DNA of 64,000 bases, taken from NCBI GenBank assembly GCA_035462175.1, contig DATHUP010000025.1, positions 12,447-76,446 on the forward strand, given 5' to 3'. The first letter of the stretch is position 1, and each line of letters opens with the position of its first letter. The notes beneath the pieces are model-generated. The model did no database searches and was not told the DNA's origin. It saw nothing but the letters and a program-made list of their open reading frames with translations. A program made the translations under genes and the position numbers. Shown here one piece after another: positions 59,146 to 64,000 of this stretch. The DNA is from Acidimicrobiia bacterium (lineage in GTDB: Bacteria > Actinomycetota > Acidimicrobiia > Spongiisociales > ZC4RG35).

Positions 59146-61437
59146 ATGACGTCTGAGCGATCGACACGCTGGATGCTCGCGCTGGGTGCTCTCGGCCTGG
59201 CCGTGGGTGGCGTCCTGGCGCTTTCCGACCAGGACACCGCATCCGGGTTGGTGTTCATCGCGGTGGCGGTGGCTCCGGTCGTGCCACTCGCCCGGGAGAT
59301 CTTCGACAAGCTGCGCCGACGTGAGCCCGGCGTAGACATCATCGCCGTGATCGCGGTGGCGGCTGCCCTCGCACTCGGCGAGCTCCTCACCGCGGCGATC
59401 ATCGGGCTGATGCTCGCCACCGGGCGATTCCTCGAGGAGTATGCCGCGGGTCGCGCCGAGAGGGAGCTGACGGCCCTTCTCTCTCGAGCACCCCGGCAGG
59501 CGCACCGGGTGCGCGACGGAGAGATCGAACTGGTCGATGTCGGCGATGTAGGGCCGGGCGACCGATTGATGATCAAGGCAGGCGAGGTGGTCCCGGTCGA
59601 CGGTGTCGTCCTCGGGGGCGCTGCCCTGGTCGACGAGTCGGCGTTGACCGGTGAGCCGCTCCCCACCGAGCGTCAACCCGGGGATCTGGTCAGTAGCGGC
59701 GCAGTGAATGCCGCAGATGTTTTCGAGATCCTCGCCACCGCAGACGCCGAGCACAGCACGTATTCCGGGATAATCAGACTGGTCCAGGAGGCGCGGAAGT
59801 CCCGGGCGCCGTCGGTTCGGCTGGCAGATCGCTGGGCCGGTTGGTTCGTGCCTGTCGCCCTCGGCACGGCGGCTCTGGCCTGGGCGGTCTCCGGGGATCC
59901 GGTGCGAGCTCTGGCGGTCCTGGTAGTAGCCACACCGTGCCCCCTCCTGCTCGCAGTCCCGATCGCGGTCGTGTCGGGCATCTCGCGGGCCGCTCGACGA
60001 GGCATTGTGTTCCGAGGTGGCGGCGCCCTGGAGACCCTGGCCCAGATCCGAAACCTCCTCATCGACAAGACAGGCACGGTCACGGTCGGACAGCCGACCC
60101 TGCGGACGATCGTCTCGTTCAATGACCACATCCCCGACGAGGAGATCCTCCGACTCGCCGCATCCGTCGACCAGACCTCGAACCATGTCCTGGCCCGGGC
60201 CATCGTCGACGCCGCCCGTCGCCGCCGGCTCGACCTCGAGATACCCCTGAACGTCGCCGAAGTCCCCGGGGCGGGGGTCTCGGCGAGTGTGAGCGCAAAG
60301 AGGGTCTCGGTGGGCAAGCTCGAGTGGATTCTCGACGGGCGACCCGAGCCGGCCGAGGTCGGCGACGCACGCCGCCGGCTCATGAGGTTCGCGCCCCTGT
60401 CGGTGTACGTCGCCGTAGGGGGAGAGCCGGTGGCCGCACTCACCTTTGACGACACCATCCGACCCGATGCGGCCAGCACCATCCGATCCCTCCGCCGGCT
60501 CGGGGTGGAGCGAATCGTCATGGCGACCGGCGATCACCCGGTCGCGGCTCGGTCGGTGGGGATGGCGATCGACGTCGACCTGATCCTGGCCCAATCGACT
60601 CCCCAGGAGAAGGTCGAAGCCCTGGAAGAGCTGCGCGGCCGGGGCATCACGGCCATGGTGGGCGACGGGATCAACGATGCCCCGGCCCTCGCCGCGGCCG
60701 ACGTGGGGGTGGCGATGGGGGCGCGGGGGGCGACCGCCTCCTCCGAAGCGGCGGATGTGGTGTTGATCGTCGATCGTCTCCAGCGCTTGGTCGACGCGAT
60801 CGGGATCGCCAAGAGATCGCGCAGCATCGCGGTGCAGAGCGTCGTGATCGGGATGAGTTTGTCGTTGGCAGCGATGGTGGCTGCCTCGTTCGGTCTGCTG
60901 GTCCCGATCGCAGGAGCGCTCCTCCAGGAGGCGATAGACGTCATCGCCATCACCAACGCCCTCCGGGCACTGGTCGGAAGGACGCCGTCTCAGAGCGGTC
61001 CCAAGCTTTCCCCCGAGCTTTCGGCTCATCTTCGCGAAGAGCACGAAGAGCTGATACCGAAGCTCGACTCGATTCGGGATGCGGCAGACCTCTTCGATAT
61101 AAATGGGGCGTCTGAGACGTTGAGCTCGTTGACACGGGTGCGCTCTTTGTTGGTCGACGAGATACTTCCCCACGAGGCCGCGGACGAGAGGATCATCTAC
61201 CCGCAGGTGTCAGCCGTGCTGCCAGGCGAGGATCCGATGGCGTTGATGAGCCGCACCCATCGTGAGATCTTCCATCTGGTCGACGTCTTCGAGCGACAGT
61301 TGGCAGCGATTCCCGAGAGCGGCCCCGACCCCGCCGACCTGTCCGAGCTGCGTCGGACGTTGTATAGCCTCCACGCCATCCTCCGTCTCCACTTCGACCA
61401 GGAGGAGGAGCTCTACTTCACCCTGCAGGACACCTGA
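59146..61437 (+). CDS. P1B-5-type heavy-metal ATPase (TPCP motif) with a C-terminal hemerythrin-like domain
   Basis: No N-terminal metal-binding domain. TM motif [30 protein letters not shown]. The C-terminal 125 aa or so have hemerythrin-type His/Glu/Asp spacing (HLREEHEEL, PHEAADE, HREIFHLVD, HAILRLHFDQEEE). Confidence 0.85.
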   Translation: MTSERSTRWMLALGALGLAVGGVLALSDQDTASGLVFIAVAVAPVVPLAREIFDKLRRREPGVDIIAVIAVAAALALGELLTAAIIGLMLATGRFLEEYAAGRAERELTALLSRAPRQAHRVRDGEIELVDVGDVGPGDRLMIKAGEVVPVDGVVLGGAALVDESALTGEPLPTERQPGDLVSSGAVNAADVFEILATADAEHSTYSGIIRLVQEARKSRAPSVRLADRWAGWFVPVALGTAALAWAVSGDPVRALAVLVVATPCPLLLAVPIAVVSGISRAARRGIVFRGGGALETLAQIRNLLIDKTGTVTVGQPTLRTIVSFNDHIPDEEILRLAASVDQTSNHVLARAIVDAARRRRLDLEIPLNVAEVPGAGVSASVSAKRVSVGKLEWILDGRPEPAEVGDARRRLMRFAPLSVYVAVGGEPVAALTFDDTIRPDAASTIRSLRRLGVERIVMATGDHPVAARSVGMAIDVDLILAQSTPQEKVEALEELRGRGITAMVGDGINDAPALAAADVGVAMGARGATASSEAADVVLIVDRLQRLVDAIGIAKRSRSIAVQSVVIGMSLSLAAMVAASFGLLVPIAGALLQEAIDVIAITNALRALVGRTPSQSGPKLSPELSAHLREEHEELIPKLDSIRDAADLFDINGASETLSSLTRVRSLLVDEILPHEAADERIIYPQVSAVLPGEDPMALMSRTHREIFHLVDVFERQLAAIPESGPDPADLSELRRTLYSLHAILRLHFDQEEELYFTLQDT

Positions 61438-61499
61438 TTCGCCGGTGAGATGACCACCGCTACTCCCCGAGACCGAGGCGGGCCGGAAATGCCGCCGGG

Positions 61500-62513
61500 A
61501 TGACGTCTTCGCCCGCCCTGTGGGTGCTCGTCTTGGTGGTGAGTGCGGTCGCACTCGTCTGGTTCGGAACCCGGCTGGCGCGTTCTGCCGACGAGATCGC
61601 AGAGCGGGCAGGACTGTCCCGGCTCTTCGTCGGGATGATCTTGGTCGCCGGCGCCACCTCACTACCCGAGATCGTCACCGATGTCAGTGCCTCGCTGGCC
61701 GGGGCACCGGACCTTGCCGTGGGTGACCTCTTCGGCAGCAGCATGGCCAACATGGCGATTCTGGCGGTGGTCGATCTCCTCCATCGCCGACGTGTCTGGG
61801 CGCGTGTCGAGATAGGGCATGCCCGGGTGGCATCGGTGGCCATTGCCTTGACCGCTTTCGCCGTCATCGGGATCCTGGTCAGCCCCAACGTCCGCATTGG
61901 ATGGATCGGCATCGACACTCTCGCCATCGCCGCCGCCTACGTGTTCGCGGTGGCATGGATGCGACGTTCACCCGACAGTCGCTTCCTCGATGGTCAGGTG
62001 CTCCCGGTTCCGATCGGGTGGGGGGACAGACGGGAGCGAGGACTCCGTCCGGCGGTGACGAGGTTCAGTCTGTCGGCAGTTGGCATATTGGTGTCGGCTC
62101 CGTTTCTCGCCTACTCGGCACGGGAGATCGCTGCGGCGACCGGAGTGGGCGAGACCTTCGTCGGCACCACCCTGCTCGCACTCGCCACTTCCTTGCCCGA
62201 GCTGATCGCGGCCGTGGCGGCGGTCCGCATCGGTGCCCAGGATCTGGCGGTGGGCAACCTCTTCGGGAGCAACTGCTTCAATATGGCAGCCCTGCTCTTC
62301 GCAGATTTGGCGTACGTCCCAGGGCCCCTGTTGGGGGCCGTCCATCCCGGTCAGGCGGTGGCAGGGGTCAGTGCCGTGCTCCTCATGTCACTGGCGCTGG
62401 CCGCGATAGTGCACGGCACCGAGACCCGTGTTGCCCGACTCGAGCCCGATGCCATTCTCCTCCTGCTGGTGTACCTCGGTGGCCTGGGCGCGGTGTGGAT
62501 GGTCAGCGTCTGA
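61500..62513 (+). CDS. CaCA-family cation:calcium (Na+/Ca2+) antiporter
   Basis: Two alpha-repeats: GATSLPEIVTDVSA..GDLFGSSMANM and LATSLPELIAAVAA..GNLFGSNCFNM. Confidence 0.85.
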   Translation: MTSSPALWVLVLVVSAVALVWFGTRLARSADEIAERAGLSRLFVGMILVAGATSLPEIVTDVSASLAGAPDLAVGDLFGSSMANMAILAVVDLLHRRRVWARVEIGHARVASVAIALTAFAVIGILVSPNVRIGWIGIDTLAIAAAYVFAVAWMRRSPDSRFLDGQVLPVPIGWGDRRERGLRPAVTRFSLSAVGILVSAPFLAYSAREIAAATGVGETFVGTTLLALATSLPELIAAVAAVRIGAQDLAVGNLFGSNCFNMAALLFADLAYVPGPLLGAVHPGQAVAGVSAVLLMSLALAAIVHGTETRVARLEPDAILLLLVYLGGLGAVWMVSV

Positions 62514-62551
62514 TCACAGGAGGGCGCGGTCCGCCGGCCGGGGCGGCAATG

Positions 62552-63286
62552 TCATCTGTCGATCTCAGGCGGAGGCGTCCACGGCGACGGCTGCGACGCG
62601 GGATCGAGATAGGTCGGTATCTCCAGCCCGAACGTAGGTGTCAGTTGATCCCTGGGGCGGAGATACATCCTGGACCAGGCGTGCTCCGGGACCGTGACGT
62701 GCCAGATGACCCCCATCTCCCACTCCTCGGAGAAGAACAGGTAGTGCATCACCACCAGGATCTGGGGCTTGGTGATCGTCGGCGTCCATTCGGTATCGGT
62801 CGAAATGCCCAACTCCGGATACTCCTGCTCCAAGTGGTTCACGAATCGATCACGCAACTCGGTGGCCAGGGGGCCGATGTCATCGGGCCAGTCCACCACC
62901 TCGAGGTTCAGCGAGTGGGTCCTTTCGACGCTCCCGCTTTGCGCAGTCAGATCCACCGTGATGCTCCCGCCGACGCTCTCCGGCATGGCGACCACCGTTA
63001 ACTCGGCGACATCACCGGGCTCGAGCGCGAGTTTCTGAGGCTCGACGTTGGCCGCGCCCGACACCGATGCCGAGACGACTATGGGTGCCTCGCCTCCAAT
63101 CGAGGAAACCAGCACCACGAATAACTGCCCCGGTGTCACAGGGAAGAACTCGGTCGGTTCCACGATCAATTCGAAGGAGGCGCCTTGCCCCTGGTCCAGC
63201 GTGGTGGTCGTCATCTCATGACGCTCGCCGGCACAAGCCGTGGCCAACAGAGCCAGAGTCGCCGCCATGGCAAGCCGCCGTCGCAT
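62552..63286 (-). CDS. hypothetical lipoprotein
   Basis: MRRRLAMAATLALLATACAGE (signal peptide with a lipobox-like ATAC). 244 aa. No family recognised. Confidence 0.6.
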   Translation of the reverse strand: MRRRLAMAATLALLATACAGERHEMTTTTLDQGQGASFELIVEPTEFFPVTPGQLFVVLVSSIGGEAPIVVSASVSGAANVEPQKLALEPGDVAELTVVAMPESVGGSITVDLTAQSGSVERTHSLNLEVVDWPDDIGPLATELRDRFVNHLEQEYPELGISTDTEWTPTITKPQILVVMHYLFFSEEWEMGVIWHVTVPEHAWSRMYLRPRDQLTPTFGLEIPTYLDPASQPSPWTPPPEIDR

Positions 63287-63427
63287 GACTCGACTGTTCC
63301 TCGGCCGGCAGCCGTTGACCAGGGTCGAACGTTGGTACCTGCTGGGCAGGATGAAAGTTGACCGGACAGGGGGATATCTGCTCTATCCGTGACCCGGGCC
63401 GGGGAGTAGACAAGAGATGAGCCAACG

Positions 63428-64000
63428 ATGACAGCTTTCGGTCGGCGAGGGCAGGTTCGGCTCGCCCTCGCCGGGGACACCATGTTGGGCCGACAAGTGG
63501 GCGAGGCTTTGCTGCACCGGCCACCCGACGCCTTGTTCTCCGATGGCGTCGTCGCCGCATTGGGCGAGGCTGACCTCGTCATCCTCAATCTCGAGTGTTG
63601 TGTCTCCGCCAGGGGGGCGCGTTGGCCCGACCCGCTGAAGCCCTTCTTCTTCCGGGCCCCACCTCAGGCGGTGGGCGTGCTTTCTCACCTTGGTGTGGAC
63701 TGTGTCACCCTGGCCAACAATCACGCCCTCGACTACGGCCCGGTTGCTCTGCTCGACACCCTCCTCCTTCTCTCCGAGGAGGGGATAATCGTGGCTGGTG
63801 CCGGGCCGAGTCTCGGGCAGGCCCGTCGCCCGGTGACTCTCGAGCACAACGGCTTTCGACTCCGCGTGGTCGCTCTGACCGATCACCCCCGCGAGTTCCA
63901 GGCAGGGCGCGATGAGCCGGGGGTCGCCTACGCCGACCTGGGGCAGGGCCTGCCCGGCTGGGTGTTCGATGCGATGGGCCACGACGGTGCCGACGCCGTC
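63428..64000 (+). CDS. CapA-family (poly-gamma-glutamate synthesis / metallophosphatase-like) protein; 3' end lies outside the window
   Basis: Hand translation gives MTAFGRRGQVRLALAGDTMLGRQV..ADLVILNLECCVS..GVDCVTLANNHALDYG. The frame is open to the window end. It is not in the ORF track. Confidence 0.7.
   Translation, partial: MTAFGRRGQVRLALAGDTMLGRQVGEALLHRPPDALFSDGVVAALGEADLVILNLECCVSARGARWPDPLKPFFFRAPPQAVGVLSHLGVDCVTLANNHALDYGPVALLDTLLLLSEEGIIVAGAGPSLGQARRPVTLEHNGFRLRVVALTDHPREFQAGRDEPGVAYADLGQGLPGWVFDAMGHDGADAV

Noticed and set aside
1-64000. Search for CRISPR arrays, rRNA/tRNA genes, transposases, integrases and phage or defence modules
   Set aside because: I saw no direct-repeat/spacer arrays, no tRNA-like or rRNA-like segments, and no transposase, integrase or recombinase motifs in any frame of the track. 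The gene truncations therefore cannot be tied to an identifiable mobile element in this window.

Overview
GC-rich actinobacterial-type chromosomal window, probably Actinomycetota: several likely leaderless promoters, many GTG/TTG starts, and 1-4 nt start/stop overlaps. I found no rRNA, tRNA, CRISPR array or transposase/integrase. The left third (1-24 kb) holds ordinary accessory metabolism and regulation: a UvrA paralogue, two ArsR+SRPBCC modules, two AlkZ/YcaQ-type glycosylase homologues, three MDR-type quinone oxidoreductases, a TetR regulator, and an ArsR-rhodanese / MBL-rhodanese / disulfide-reductase sulfur cluster. The most interesting part is a dense metal-homeostasis island at about 26-62 kb. 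It contains three P1B-type ATPases of three different subclasses: CPC CopA-like, CPH CopB-like, and TPCP with a C-terminal hemerythrin-like domain. It also contains two CsoR repressors, each next to a G/C-tract palindrome, and one MerR-family metal sensor. Around the MerR sensor lie four nearly identical 32-bp promoter-operators (TTGACA, then the palindrome TTCCAGTCGACTGGAA inside a 20-bp spacer, then TACGGT). These four elements appear to wire a non-canonical regulon: copA-cupredoxin-small TM protein-DUF302, an ABC-2 exporter, a Glu/Leu/Phe/Val dehydrogenase, and a small secreted Met-rich protein. Next to it sits a CsoR-headed envelope thiol-redox operon: SHOCT, CsoR, glutaredoxin-like, a DsbD/CcdA-like protein with vicinal Cys-Cys pairs, a redoxin, a frameshifted lgt, and a His-tailed TM protein. 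The window also carries many decay scars: three apparent 1-nt frameshifts, 5'-truncated genes fused head-to-head, and orphan fragments. All functional calls rest on motif and family recognition by eye. No database search was run.
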